Source: Aliidongia sp. (GTDB lineage Bacteria > Pseudomonadota > Alphaproteobacteria > ATCC43930 > CGMCC-115725). From it: DNA of 62,339 bases. The notes beneath the pieces are model-generated. The model worked only from the letters and a program-made list of their open reading frames with translations. It was not told where the DNA came from and did no database searches. The position numbers were made by a program, and so were the translations under genes. The DNA is taken from the NCBI GenBank assembly GCA_049696095.1, contig JBAVTK010000125.1, forward strand, positions 1-62,339, given 5' to 3'. This document shows, in pieces, positions 21,683 through 32,048 of this stretch (positions within the stretch are counted from its first letter, which is position 1; each line of letters opens with the position of its first letter).

Positions 21683-24103
21683 TCAGTGCGTGACGACTCC
21701 CCCCCGATCGCCTTCAGCTTCCGGTACCCCGGCCGGCTTGGCTGGGGCGGCGATGGCATCGTCATCTTCCCATTCGACCGGTGTCAGCGGCCGGATCAGG
21801 GCATGCATCAGCACCTCATCGACATGGGCGACCGGGATGAGCGTCATACCGCGCTTCACATTGTCCGGGATCTCGGCCAGATCCTTTTCATTATCCTTGG
21901 GGATAAGAACGGTCTTGATCCCGCCGCGCAACGCGGCCAGCAGCTTTTCCTTCAGGCCGCCGATCGGAAACACCCGTCCGCGCAACGTGATCTCGCCGGT
22001 CATGGCGACATCGCGTCTGATCGGAATGCCGGTCAGCACTGACACGATGGTCGTGACCATCGCCACGCCGGCCGACGGCCCGTCCTTCGGGGTCGCCCCT
22101 TCGGGCACATGGACGTGAATGTCCTTTTTCTCCAGGACCGAACGCTTGATGCCGAACGCCCCGGCACGCGATTTCACATAGCTTTCGGCCGCCTGGACCG
22201 ATTCCTTCATAACGTCACCAAGCTTGCCGGTGGCGGTGACCTTACCCTTGCCGGGGACGACGACCGCTTCGATCGTCAACAACTCGCCGCCCACCTCGGT
22301 CCAGGCGAGACCGGTGACGACACCGACCATATCCTCACTCTCAAGCTCGCCGAAGCGGAACTTGCGGACGCCGGCGTATTTTTCCAGATTCCGCCTCGTC
22401 ACCGTGACCTTGGTCACATCCTTGGCCGACAGAATCTCCTTGATCGCCTTGCGCGTCAGATTGGCCAGCTCGCGCTCCAAATTCCGGACGCCGGCCTCGC
22501 GCGTATAGAAGCGAATAACGTCGCGCAAGCCTTCCTCGGAAATCGACCATTCGGTCTTTTTCAGGCCATGCGCCTCGATCTGCTTGGGGATCAAATGCCG
22601 CTTGGCGATTTCGACCTTCTCATCCTCGGTATAGCCAGGAATGCGGATGATCTCCATACGGTCCAGCAAGGGCTGCGGCATCCGCAGACTGTTGGCCGTG
22701 GTGACGAACATCACATCGGATAGATCGTAATCGACCTCAAGATAATGATCGCTGAAGGACGAATTCTGCTCCGGATCGAGCACCTCGAGCAGGGCCGACG
22801 ACGGGTCGCCGCGCCAATCCGAGCCAAGTTTGTCGACCTCGTCGAGCAAAAACAACGGATTGGACGATTTCGCCTTCTTCATACCCTGAATGATCTTGCC
22901 GGGCATCGAACCGATATAAGTGCGGCGGTGGCCGCGCACCTCGGCCTCGTCGCGTACGCCGCCCAGCGACATGCGGACGAAATTGCGCCCCGTCGCCTTG
23001 GCGATCGACTTGCCGAGCGAGGTCTTGCCGACGCCCGGCGGGCCGACCAGGCAGAGAATCGGTCCCTTGACCTTCTTCATCCGCTGCTGGACCGCGAGAT
23101 ATTCCAGGATGCGTTCCTTGATCTTCTCCAGCCCGTAATGATCCTGATGAAGGACTTTTTCGGCGATCTTGATGTCGCGCTTGACCTTGGTGCGCTGTTG
23201 CCACGGAATGCTCAGCAGCCAGTCGAGATAGTTGCGCACCACCGTCGCCTCGGCGGACATCGGGCTCATCGAGCGAAGTTTTTTCGCCTCCGCCATCGCC
23301 TTGTCGTGCGCTTCCTTGGTCAGCTTGGTCTTGACGATGCGCTCTTCCAGTTCGGCCAATTCGTCCTTGCCGTCCTCACCCTCGCCCAGCTCCTTCTGGA
23401 TCGCCTTCATTTGCTCGTTCAGATAGTATTCGCGTTGCGTTTTCTCCATCTGCCGCTTGACGCGATTGCGGATGCGCTTTTCGACCTGGAGCACGCCGAT
23501 CTCGCCTTCCATGAAGGCAAAGACCTTTTCCAGCCGTTCGCTAACCGTCTCGGTTTCCAGCAGCTCCTGCTTCTCGGGGATTTTCAGTGCGAGGTTCGAC
23601 GCGATCGTGTCGGCCAGCTTGGAGGCGTCGTCGATCTGATTGATCGACACCAACACCTCGGGCGGAATTTTCTTGTTGAGCTTGATATATTGCTCGAACT
23701 GCGCGACGGCGGTTCGGGCCAGCGCCTCCAACTCGGGCTGCTCGCCCAGATTTTCCGGAATCGGCTCGGCATAGGCCTGAAAGAAGCTTTCATTGTCGCG
23801 AAATTTGGTGATGTGGGCGCGCTGACCGCCCTCAACCAGCACCTTGACCGTGCCATCAGGCAATTTCAGCAATTGGAGCACCGTGCCGATCGTGCCGACG
23901 GTGAAGATATCGGCGGTGCTCGGTTCGTCCTGCTGCGCATTCTTCTGCGTCACCAACAGAATCTGCTTGTCTTCGCGCATGACGTCTTCGAGTGCGCGAA
24001 CGGATTTCTCACGGCCGACGAAAAGCGGAACGATCATGTGGGGAAACACCACAATGTCGCGGAGCGGGAGAACGGGATAGAGGGTACCGCGCGGATTTTC
24101 CAA
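21683..24103 (-). CDS. lon: ATP-dependent Lon protease
   Basis: 806 aa. Contains [26 protein letters not shown], Walker [10 protein letters not shown], and the protease motif DGPSAGVAM. The start is TTG (caa at 24101-24103) with GAGG 7 nt upstream. Confidence 0.93.
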   Translation of the reverse strand: MENPRGTLYPVLPLRDIVVFPHMIVPLFVGREKSVRALEDVMREDKQILLVTQKNAQQDEPSTADIFTVGTIGTVLQLLKLPDGTVKVLVEGGQRAHITKFRDNESFFQAYAEPIPENLGEQPELEALARTAVAQFEQYIKLNKKIPPEVLVSINQIDDASKLADTIASNLALKIPEKQELLETETVSERLEKVFAFMEGEIGVLQVEKRIRNRVKRQMEKTQREYYLNEQMKAIQKELGEGEDGKDELAELEERIVKTKLTKEAHDKAMAEAKKLRSMSPMSAEATVVRNYLDWLLSIPWQQRTKVKRDIKIAEKVLHQDHYGLEKIKERILEYLAVQQRMKKVKGPILCLVGPPGVGKTSLGKSIAKATGRNFVRMSLGGVRDEAEVRGHRRTYIGSMPGKIIQGMKKAKSSNPLFLLDEVDKLGSDWRGDPSSALLEVLDPEQNSSFSDHYLEVDYDLSDVMFVTTANSLRMPQPLLDRMEIIRIPGYTEDEKVEIAKRHLIPKQIEAHGLKKTEWSISEEGLRDVIRFYTREAGVRNLERELANLTRKAIKEILSAKDVTKVTVTRRNLEKYAGVRKFRFGELESEDMVGVVTGLAWTEVGGELLTIEAVVVPGKGKVTATGKLGDVMKESVQAAESYVKSRAGAFGIKRSVLEKKDIHVHVPEGATPKDGPSAGVAMVTTIVSVLTGIPIRRDVAMTGEITLRGRVFPIGGLKEKLLAALRGGIKTVLIPKDNEKDLAEIPDNVKRGMTLIPVAHVDEVLMHALIRPLTPVEWEDDDAIAAPAKPAGVPEAEGDRGGVVTH

Positions 24104-24255
24104 GATGATGCCTCTTCTGCCTACTGGCTGTCCCCCGTCAGGCGGCAGGACGCGCCTTGCAAAGCTTATCAGGGTATTTTGGCCGGGGGGAAGCGTCGTT
24201 CAAGGGCGCGCCCGACCGGCATCTTCGGTCTTCCCCGCATTCCTGATGCGAGCAG

Positions 24256-24274
24256 TGAGGGGTTGAACCCCTCA
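24256..24274 (-). terminator. hairpin overlapping the clpX stop codon (TGAGGGG-TTCAA-CCCCTCA)
   Basis: Perfect 7-bp stem with a 5-nt loop that includes the TGA of clpX. No U-tract follows, so terminator function is uncertain. Confidence 0.3.
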
Positions 24275-25534
24275 GCTGCCCGTGCCGACATCGCTCAATC
24301 GATCCGAATGGATGTAGAGCGGTTTCGCCCGCCCCTCGACAACCTCGCGGTTGATGACGATCTCCTCGACCGAATCCAGGCCGGGCAGTTCGAACATCGA
24401 ATCGAGCAGAATGGCCTCCATGATCGAGCGCAGGCCGCGTGCGCCGGTCTTGCGCTGAATCGCCTTCTTGGAAATGCCCTTCAACGCTTCCTCATTGAAG
24501 GAAAGGCGGACCTCTTCCATCTCGAACAGGCGTTGATATTGCTTGACCAGCGCATTCTTCGGCTTGGTCAGGATATCGACCAGGGCTTTTTCATCGAGAT
24601 CGTCAAGCGTCGCCACGACCGGCAGGCGGCCGACGAATTCCGGGATGAGTCCGAATTTCAGCAGGTCCTCGGGCTCGATATCGCGCAGGATTTCACCGGT
24701 CGTGCGATCATCCGGGCCCTTCACATCAGCACCGAAGCCAATCGAGCTGCCTTGCCGGCGCTGCGCGATGATCTTTTCCAGTCCGGAAAACGCGCCGCCG
24801 CAGATGAACAGAATGTTCGTGGTATCGACCTGGAGAAATTCCTGCTGCGGATGCTTGCGCCCGCCCTGCGGCGGCACTGAGGCGATGGTGCCTTCCATGA
24901 TCTTCAGCAGCGCCTGCTGCACGCCTTCGCCGGACACGTCGCGGGTGATCGACGGATTGTCCGATTTGCGGCTGATCTTATCGACTTCGTCGATATAGAC
25001 GATGCCGCGCTGCGCGCGCTCGACATTGTAATCGGCCGATTGCAGCAGCTTGAGGATGATATTCTCGACATCCTCGCCGACATAGCCCGCCTCGGTCAGC
25101 GTCGTCGCATCGGCCATGGTGAAGGGCACGTCGATGATGCGTGCCAGCGTCTGGGCCAGCAAGGTTTTGCCGCAACCGGTCGGCCCGACCAGCAGGATGT
25201 TCGATTTCGCCAGCTCGACATCGTTGTTTTTGGCGCCATGCGCCAGCCGCTTGTAGTGGTTATGCACCGCGACCGACAGCACGCGCTTGGCATGAAATTG
25301 GCCGATCACGTAATCATCCAGCACCGCGCAGATGTCGCGCGGACCGGGCACACCGTCACGCGACTTGACGAGGGTGGTCTTATGCTCTTCACGGATGATA
25401 TCCATGCAAAGCTCGACGCACTCGTCGCAGATGAACACCGTGGGGCCGGCGATCAGTTTGCGGACTTCGTGCTGGCTCTTGCCGCAGAATGAACAATAAA
25501 GCGTGTTCTTCGCGTCGCCGGTGGGTTTGGTCAT
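24272..25534 (-). CDS. clpX: ATP-dependent Clp protease ATP-binding subunit ClpX
   Basis: Zinc finger [27 protein letters not shown], Walker A GPTGCGKT, and IGF-type loop region. ATG at 25534 (GGAG 6 nt upstream) preferred over the track GTG at 25540. Confidence 0.93.
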   Translation of the reverse strand: MTKPTGDAKNTLYCSFCGKSQHEVRKLIAGPTVFICDECVELCMDIIREEHKTTLVKSRDGVPGPRDICAVLDDYVIGQFHAKRVLSVAVHNHYKRLAHGAKNNDVELAKSNILLVGPTGCGKTLLAQTLARIIDVPFTMADATTLTEAGYVGEDVENIILKLLQSADYNVERAQRGIVYIDEVDKISRKSDNPSITRDVSGEGVQQALLKIMEGTIASVPPQGGRKHPQQEFLQVDTTNILFICGGAFSGLEKIIAQRRQGSSIGFGADVKGPDDRTTGEILRDIEPEDLLKFGLIPEFVGRLPVVATLDDLDEKALVDILTKPKNALVKQYQRLFEMEEVRLSFNEEALKGISKKAIQRKTGARGLRSIMEAILLDSMFELPGLDSVEEIVINREVVEGRAKPLYIHSDRLSDVGTGS

Positions 25535-25717
25535 AGGCACTCCGTCAGCCCCCGAGGCTCATCCTCGGTCATGTTAACTGCCCGCGGGATCATCATACCC
25601 GCAAAAGCCCCACGACGGCCTATTCATACCGACCTCGCGGGGCCGGATCCCGAGCGGATCCGAGCCCACTCTCGTCAAAACGTAACAATGGCTCCTCAAC
25701 ATCCCCTTAACAAGGGC

Positions 25718-26359
25718 TCATCTCTTGCTTCCCTCGCCGCCGGCCACCGGCGCGCGCGCCGCGATGACATCGTCAACCAAGCCGAACTCCTTGGCCTCGA
25801 CCGGCGACATGAAATAGTCCCGCTCGACCGCCGCGGAGACCCGCTCCATCGGCTGGCCCGTATGCTTGACATAAATCTCGTTCAGACGAAGCCGAAGCGC
25901 AAGGATTTCGCGCGCCTGAATCTCGATATCCGACGCTTGTCCCTGTGCGCCGCCCGAAGGCTGGTGGATCATAATCCGGGAATTGGGCAGCGCAAAGCGC
26001 TTGCCGGGAGCTCCCGCGGTCAACAGCAACGAGCCCATCGAGGCCGCTTGCCCGATACACAGCGTCGAGACATCGGGGCGGATATATTGCATGGTGTCGT
26101 AGATCGCCAGGCCGGAGGTCACGATACCGCCCGGCGAATTGATATACAGGCTAATATCCTTAGTCGGGTTTTCCGATTCCAGAAACAGCAGCTGTGCGCA
26201 AATCAAGCTCGCCACGGCATCATTCACCGGACCGACCAGGAAGATCAGCCGTTCCTTGAGCAGACGGGAATAGATGTCATAGGCGCGCTCGCCCCGATTG
26301 GTCTGTTCGACCACCATGGGCACGAGGGTGTTCATATAGACTTCGAATGGGTCCGCCAT
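25718..26359 (-). CDS. clpP: ATP-dependent Clp protease proteolytic subunit
   Basis: [45 protein letters not shown]...[11 protein letters not shown] (catalytic Ser). ATG at 26359 chosen by comparison with typical ClpP N-termini. Confidence 0.92.
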   Translation of the reverse strand: MADPFEVYMNTLVPMVVEQTNRGERAYDIYSRLLKERLIFLVGPVNDAVASLICAQLLFLESENPTKDISLYINSPGGIVTSGLAIYDTMQYIRPDVSTLCIGQAASMGSLLLTAGAPGKRFALPNSRIMIHQPSGGAQGQASDIEIQAREILALRLRLNEIYVKHTGQPMERVSAAVERDYFMSPVEAKEFGLVDDVIAARAPVAGGEGSKR

Positions 26360-26415
26360 GGTATTCCTGATTCCCTTGCTATCCCGCAAGCGGGGACTCC
26401 CCTCTGCCCGGCCGC

Positions 26416-26459
26416 TTAGAGCGCGATGGCTTCGGAACGAAACCTGAATCGCGCTCTAA
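26416..26459 (-). terminator. long hairpin between tig and clpP (12-bp perfect arms TTAGAGCGCGAT / ATCGCGCTCTAA)
   Basis: Arms at 26416-26427 and 26448-26459. The 20-nt spacer can itself pair partially (GGCTTCG/CGAAACC). Lies 55 nt downstream of the tig stop. Confidence 0.4.
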
Positions 26460-26513
26460 CCTATTGAAGTAGAACAGGATGGTTTGGGTAACGTCACCCA
26501 AAATCATCTGGTT

Positions 26514-27872
26514 CTAGGCGGCCGCCTCGTCATCCGCGTCTTCCAGGCCGGCGAGAGCCGCCAAATCCTTGGCCGCCACCGGCTTGTCGGTCACTTTAGC
26601 CATGCCGAAGATGAAATCGACGACTTTATCCTCGTAGATCGGTGCGTGGAGCGCACTGACCGCTTCGGCATTTGCCCGGTAATAATCGATCACCGCCTTT
26701 TCCTGGCCAGGATAACGGCGTGCCTCGGCCATGATCGCCCGGCTCACCTCCTCCTGAGTGACCTGAATGTTGTTGCTCTTGCCGATTTCCGCAAGCAGCA
26801 GCCCCAACCGGACCCGGCGAACCGAGATGTCGCGATATTCGGCCTTATAGTCGTCGTCGGTCTTGCCCTCTTCCGGCTCGAAGGTTCCGGCGTCCTGCTG
26901 GCGCTTGCGCTCCGCCTCAAACTGCTCCCAGATCGACGAGAACTCAATCTCGACCATACCGGGCGGCACCTCGAAATCATAGCTCCCGGACAGTTTGTCC
27001 AGCAGATCGCGCTTCATTTTAAGGCGGGCGACCTTGCTGTGATTGCCAAGAAGCTGCTCGCGCACCGCCGTGCGAAGCGCTTCGAGATTTTCCATCCCGA
27101 CCGTCTCGGCCAGGTTCTCATCGATCGCCGCTGGCAACTTCCGCTTTACCCCATTGACGGTACAGGCAAAGCTTGCAGTCTTTCCAGCCAGATGCGCGGC
27201 GGCATAATCGGCCGGGAAATCGACCGTCACGCTCACTTGATCGCCAGTCTTGGCACCGACCAGTTGGTCCTCGAAGCCGGGAATGAAGCTGCCTGAGCCG
27301 AGTTCCAGCTCATGATTCGTGCCGGAACCGCCGGGAAATTCGGTCCCGTCGATCGAGCCGACGAAATCGATGACCACGCTGTCACCCGATGCCGCCGGAA
27401 CGTCTTCGGCCAGAGTTTCGGATTTGCGGTAGCGCTCGGCCAATTGCGTCAGCGCCTCATCGATCTCCTCATCGGTGATCTCGGGCACCAGCCGCTCCAG
27501 CTCAACCACGGTAACATCGGGCGCTGTGACCTCCGGCAGGATCTCGACCTTGACCACGTAGACCAGATCGTGTCCCGGCTCGAAGCTGATGATCTCGATC
27601 TGAGGCCGCAACGCTGGACGCAGCTGCTGTTCCTCAAGGGCGGCACCGGAGGTTTGTTTGACGGCGTCCTCGACGACCTCGCCCATGACCGCTTGGCCAT
27701 AGCGCTGCTTCAGGACGGCCGTCGGCACCTTGCCTGGACGGAAGCCGGGCAGTGAAACGGTCTTGGCGATCTCGGCAAGTCGGGCCAGCAGGCGATTTTC
27801 CATCTCGTCGGCCGGAATGACGACGTTGAGTTCGCGCGTGAGGCCTTCGGTGCTGGTTACAGTGATCTGCAT
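26514..27872 (-). CDS. tig: trigger factor
   Basis: Starts MQITVTSTEGLTRELNVVIP...LPGFRPGKVP, followed by an FKBP-type PPIase domain. Internal ATG at 27872 chosen. The upstream part of the track ORF reads into the tRNA-Leu flank. Confidence 0.9.
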   Translation of the reverse strand: MQITVTSTEGLTRELNVVIPADEMENRLLARLAEIAKTVSLPGFRPGKVPTAVLKQRYGQAVMGEVVEDAVKQTSGAALEEQQLRPALRPQIEIISFEPGHDLVYVVKVEILPEVTAPDVTVVELERLVPEITDEEIDEALTQLAERYRKSETLAEDVPAASGDSVVIDFVGSIDGTEFPGGSGTNHELELGSGSFIPGFEDQLVGAKTGDQVSVTVDFPADYAAAHLAGKTASFACTVNGVKRKLPAAIDENLAETVGMENLEALRTAVREQLLGNHSKVARLKMKRDLLDKLSGSYDFEVPPGMVEIEFSSIWEQFEAERKRQQDAGTFEPEEGKTDDDYKAEYRDISVRRVRLGLLLAEIGKSNNIQVTQEEVSRAIMAEARRYPGQEKAVIDYYRANAEAVSALHAPIYEDKVVDFIFGMAKVTDKPVAAKDLAALAGLEDADDEAAA

Positions 27873-27947
27873 GAGAGGGAACCGCCTGTGACGATATGCG
27901 GCGACGCGTCCCGCGGCGCCGCTGAAAAAAGGTTTCGGATCGGATCG

Positions 27948-28032
27948 TGGTGCGGGCGAAGGGACTCGAACCCCCACGACTCGCGTCGCTGGAACCTAAA
28001 TCCAGTGCGTCTACCAATTCCGCCACGCCCGC
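27948..28032 (-). tRNA. tRNA-Leu (anticodon TAG)
   Basis: Reverse complement GCGGGCGTGGCGGAATTGGTAGACGCACTGGATTTAGGTTCCAGCGACGCGAGTCGTGGGGGTTCGAGTCCCTTCGCCCGCACCA. Class II tRNA with a long variable arm, anticodon loop TTTAGGT and encoded CCA. Confidence 0.9.
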
Positions 28033-28121
28033 ACGAGCGATCCGTCAAGGGGCGTTCACATAGCACAGGAGCTTTGGCACCACACAAAAAATGTGCTGCC
28101 ATCCTCTGCCACAAACGCAGG

Positions 28122-30476
28122 TCAGCCGAAGCGGCCGAGACAGGCGCGCGCCGCAGCGTCCAAAATCGCGTCGCGATCCAGCCCATAGGTGCGGTAAAGA
28201 TCCGGAATATCGCCCGACTGTCCGAAGCGCTCGACACCGAGCGGCTCGACCTGCACCCGGCCCGCGGCACCCAACCAGCTGAGTGCTGCGGGGTGGCCGT
28301 CGAGAATCGTGACCAGTGCAGCGTCCGGGCCAAGCGGCGCCAGCAATCTCTCGATCAGGCTGCCGCCACCCCCGGTGCGACGATGAGCCAGCCAATCGGC
28401 ATGGAGTCGATCCGGCGAGGTCACGGCGAGCAGCCCGGCACCTGGCACATCCTCAATCAGTGCGGCATGGGCGGCCAGCGCCTCCTCGACCACGGCGCCG
28501 CAATAAGCGATCGCGAGCTCTGTGCCCGGTGACGGCGGCACCGCCCAATAGGCGCCACCGACGATGCCCGCGCGTAATGTCGCACTCATGCTGCGCACCG
28601 GCTGGGCCAGCGCACGCGTCGACAGCCGCAGATAGATCGAGCCACCTTCCTCAGCTTGCATATGCTCGAAACCCCAACCCATCAGCACGGCCAATTCATC
28701 GACATAAGCCGGCTCGAACGATGCGAGCCCGGCCTGGCCGATGCCGATCAGCGGCGTGTTGATCGATTGGTGCGCACCGCCTTCCGGCGCCAGGGTCAAG
28801 CCCGAGGGGGTCGCCACGACCATGAAGCGCGCATCCTGGTAACAGCCATAATTCAGCGCATCGAGGCCGCGGTTGATGAACGGATCATAGAGCGTGCCGA
28901 TCGGCAACAGGCGCGTGCCAAAGAGCGGGGCGGCAAGGCCGAGCGCCGCCAGCATGAGGAACAGATTATGCTCGGCGATACCCAGTTCGATATGCTGCCC
29001 GGCCGGCGCCATAGCCCAGCGCTGGGCCGAGACGATCTTCTGGTCGCGAAACACATCGGCCGATTCGGTGTGGTGGAAAATCCCGCGGCGATTGACCCAG
29101 CCGCCGAGATTGGTCGAGACCGTGACATCGGGCGAGGTCGTGACGATCCGCGCCGCGAGGTCGCTCGACCCGCCGGCCAGATCATTCAGGATCTTGCCGA
29201 AGCCCTCCTGCGTCGACATCGATGCCCCGGCCGGCACCGGCAATTCCGGAATCGAAACGAAATCCGCGCGGCGGTTACGATCAGTCTCGGCGGCAAACGG
29301 TACGTCCGCCAGGAAACCCTCCAGAATATCGGCATCGAGATCGAGGCCGGCGAACCGGTCCCATTCCGCCCCGTCGGGAATCCGCATCCGCGCCTTGAAC
29401 TGCGCCATTTGATCGAGATTCATCAGGCCGGCGTGATTGTCTTTGTGACCGGCGAACGGCAATCCGTAACCCTTGACGGTATAGGCGATGAAGCAGGTCG
29501 GTCGGTCGTCATCGACCGCATGAAACGCCGCCAGCACCGCCGCCATGTCGTGGCCAGCCAGATTGGTCATGAGATCGTGCAGTTCGGCGTCGTCATGTTC
29601 GTCGAGAATCCGGCGGATGCCGGGATAGCGATTCAGATCGCGCTGCAAATGCTCGCGCCAGCCGGCACCGCCCTTATAGACCAGCGCCGAATAGAGCGAA
29701 TTCGGGCAGGCATCGATCCAGTCGCGCAGATGGCTGCCATCGGGGCGCGCGAAGGCCGCTTCCAGCTTGGTGCCGTATTTCAGCACGACGACGCGCCAGC
29801 CCATCATTTCGAACAGCGTATCGATGCGGTTGAACAGCCGGTCATTGACGATGCTGTCGAGGCTCTGGCGGTTGTAATCGATCACCCACCACAGATTCTT
29901 GACATCGTGCTTCCAGCCTTCGAGCAGCGCCTCGAAGACATTGCCTTCGTCGAGTTCGGCGTCGCCGACCAGCGCCACCATCCGCCCGGCCGGCCGCTGG
30001 TCGGGCGCCAGCCCCTTCAGCCGGACGAAATCCTGGGCGATCGAAGCGAACAGCGTGATCGCGACACCGAGCCCGACCGAGCCGGTCGAGAAATCGACAT
30101 CGTCGGTATCCTTGGTGCGCGACGGATAGGATTGCGCGCCGCCCAGCGCCCGGAAGCGTTCAAGCTTGTCGCGGCTCTGCTTGCCCAGCAAATATTGGAT
30201 GGCGTGAAAGACCGGCGAGGCATGCGGCTTGACCGCGACCCGATCCTCCGGCCGCAGCACATCGAAATAGAGTGCGGTCATCAACGTGACCAGCGAGGCC
30301 GACGACGCCTGATGCCCGCCGACCTTGAGTCCATCGCGACTCGGGCGCAGGTGGTTGGCGTTGTGAATGGTCCAGGACGACAGCCACAGCACCTTCTCTG
30401 CCAGCGTTTCCAGCAGTCGGATATGCGATGATGCCGCGGCGGCGGGCGCAGATACTGTGTGCGAAGCGATAGCCAA
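28122..30476 (-). CDS. AceE-like (homodimeric-type) 2-oxoacid dehydrogenase E1 / transketolase-superfamily ThDP enzyme
   Basis: Colinear with E. coli AceE from memory: GGHQASSASL..., ThDP motif GDAELDEGN....IDYNRQSLD (AceE has GDGEMDEPE...NCNLQRLDG), HTVKGYG-like YTVKGYGLP, and a C-terminal transketolase-like domain. Start uncertain. TTG at 30476 with AAGGGGA upstream is proposed, because the track ORF would overlap the upstream MFS gene. Confidence 0.7.
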   Translation of the reverse strand: MAIASHTVSAPAAAASSHIRLLETLAEKVLWLSSWTIHNANHLRPSRDGLKVGGHQASSASLVTLMTALYFDVLRPEDRVAVKPHASPVFHAIQYLLGKQSRDKLERFRALGGAQSYPSRTKDTDDVDFSTGSVGLGVAITLFASIAQDFVRLKGLAPDQRPAGRMVALVGDAELDEGNVFEALLEGWKHDVKNLWWVIDYNRQSLDSIVNDRLFNRIDTLFEMMGWRVVVLKYGTKLEAAFARPDGSHLRDWIDACPNSLYSALVYKGGAGWREHLQRDLNRYPGIRRILDEHDDAELHDLMTNLAGHDMAAVLAAFHAVDDDRPTCFIAYTVKGYGLPFAGHKDNHAGLMNLDQMAQFKARMRIPDGAEWDRFAGLDLDADILEGFLADVPFAAETDRNRRADFVSIPELPVPAGASMSTQEGFGKILNDLAGGSSDLAARIVTTSPDVTVSTNLGGWVNRRGIFHHTESADVFRDQKIVSAQRWAMAPAGQHIELGIAEHNLFLMLAALGLAAPLFGTRLLPIGTLYDPFINRGLDALNYGCYQDARFMVVATPSGLTLAPEGGAHQSINTPLIGIGQAGLASFEPAYVDELAVLMGWGFEHMQAEEGGSIYLRLSTRALAQPVRSMSATLRAGIVGGAYWAVPPSPGTELAIAYCGAVVEEALAAHAALIEDVPGAGLLAVTSPDRLHADWLAHRRTGGGGSLIERLLAPLGPDAALVTILDGHPAALSWLGAAGRVQVEPLGVERFGQSGDIPDLYRTYGLDRDAILDAAARACLGRFG

Positions 30477-30589
30477 ACCAGTTCCCCTTATGCTGCCCGG
30501 TGGGTGATACAGGACCGGACGTGCGGATTCCAGCGGGGATGAGGGAGTCGCCCCGGCGCCGACAAATGTTCTGCCAGACGCCGGAGCGC

Positions 30590-31912
30590 TCAGATCGCCC
30601 GGTCCATTTTCGAATGGGTCTTGGTGTCCGGGATGCCGATATAGAACAGCAGCGAGATGAAGATGCAGCCGGTCGCATACCAATAAAAGCCGGTCTCGTT
30701 GCCGGAACTCTTGAACCACAAGGCCACGGTGTCGACCGACCCGCCGAAGATCGCGGCGGTGAGCGCGTAAGGGATGCCGACGCCCATCGCGCGAACCGCG
30801 GTCGGAAACATTTCCGCTTTCACGATCGCGGTCTGCGCCGTATAGCCGCTGACGATCGCCCAGGCGACACAGATCAGCAGGAAGGCCACGAACGGACTCT
30901 TGGTCGCCTGAAGAGCGGTCAGCAAAGGATATGTCCCGAGCGTCCCCAGCACACCGAACGCGATCAGCAAGGGCTTGCGCCCAATCTTGTCGGAGAGCGC
31001 GCCATAGAGCGGCTGGAGAATGATCGCGACGAGCAGTGACCCGGCCGTGACCATCGTCGTTTGATCGTCGGTCAGACCAACCGACAATTTCAGAAATTTC
31101 TGCATATAAGTTGTATAGGTGTAGAAGGCCGAGGTGCCGCCGATCGTGATGCCGACGACCAGCACCATGGATTTCCAGTTCCGGCCGAGCGCCCGAAACA
31201 GGCTCTCGGACTGCACGATTTTGCCGGCTTCCTTGAACAGCGCGGTCTCATGCATGTCGCGGCGCATGTAATAGGCGTAGATCGAAATCAGCGCACCAAT
31301 GACAAAGGGAATGCGCCAGCCCCAGTCCTTGAGCTGTTCCGGGGTCAGAAAGATTTTCTGGAGAACCAGGAGGACCAGAATGGCGACAAGCTGGCCGCCG
31401 ATCAGCGTCGTGTACCAGATTCCCGAATAAAAGCCGCGACGGTTGGGATGCGCGACTTCACTGAGATAGGTGGCGCTGGTGCCATATTCACCACCTTGGC
31501 TCAGCCCTTGCAAAATGCGGGCAATCGCCAGCGCGACCGGCGCCCAGACGCCGATGGTCGCATAGGTCGGGGTCACGGCAATCAGCAGCGACCCGAAGCA
31601 CATGAGCAGGACGGCAACCGTAAGCGATGTGCGCCTTCCGTAGCGATCGGCGAAATAGCCAAACAAGACGCTGCCGATCGGCCGGACGAGAAACGCCACC
31701 GCGAACAACGACGCCGCCGCCAGCTGCTGCGCCGCCGGATCGCCTTGCGGAAAAAACGAGCCGGCGAAATAAAGCGCGAAGGCCGCGTAGGCATAGACAT
31801 CATACCACTCGATCAGATTGCCGATCGAGCCGACCAGAATCGCCCTGACCCGTTTGCGCGTATCCGCGGCGTCGTACCCATCAGTCGTGACGGCAAGGTC
31901 GGTTGTATTCAT
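30590..31912 (-). CDS. MFS transporter, metabolite:H+ symporter (MHS) family, KgtP/ProP-like
   Basis: Contains GNLIEWYDVYAYAAFALYF...RPIGSVLFGYFADRYGRRTSL...LQGLSQGGEYG, typical of KgtP/ShiA/ProP-type transporters. ATG at 31912 (AGGGAG 5 nt upstream) preferred to the track GTG at 31918. Confidence 0.8.
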   Translation of the reverse strand: MNTTDLAVTTDGYDAADTRKRVRAILVGSIGNLIEWYDVYAYAAFALYFAGSFFPQGDPAAQQLAAASLFAVAFLVRPIGSVLFGYFADRYGRRTSLTVAVLLMCFGSLLIAVTPTYATIGVWAPVALAIARILQGLSQGGEYGTSATYLSEVAHPNRRGFYSGIWYTTLIGGQLVAILVLLVLQKIFLTPEQLKDWGWRIPFVIGALISIYAYYMRRDMHETALFKEAGKIVQSESLFRALGRNWKSMVLVVGITIGGTSAFYTYTTYMQKFLKLSVGLTDDQTTMVTAGSLLVAIILQPLYGALSDKIGRKPLLIAFGVLGTLGTYPLLTALQATKSPFVAFLLICVAWAIVSGYTAQTAIVKAEMFPTAVRAMGVGIPYALTAAIFGGSVDTVALWFKSSGNETGFYWYATGCIFISLLFYIGIPDTKTHSKMDRAI

Positions 31913-32048
31913 GCCCACTCCCTAAACCCATTGGCTTTTCTGCTATTGATCAGTGGCCCATGACCATGCCGGGGTCAAGAACTTCGGCGGCGAATGAGGT
32001 GTTTTCGGCGCGGCCTCGCGCGGGCCTCAATCCCCCGTCTACTCTCGG

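Noticed and set aside
24174-24204. Candidate RpoH (sigma-32) promoter upstream of lon: CTTGAA (24199-24204, minus strand), 16 nt, then CCAAAAT
   Set aside because: The -35 element is good, but the -10 only loosely fits the CCCCAT/CYTAT-type consensus. It is too weak to report as a feature without 5'-end data.
22745-24880. 711-aa plus-strand ORF spanning lon and clpX
   Set aside because: It lies opposite two highly conserved protease genes and crosses their intergenic region. Its composition (R/L/D/Q repeats) does not look like a protein.
28656-30431. 591-aa plus-strand ORF opposite the E1 gene, and 46100..47653 (517 aa, minus) opposite the RND and OMF genes
   Set aside because: Shadow ORFs. 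The opposite strand carries clear ThDP-enzyme and RND motifs.
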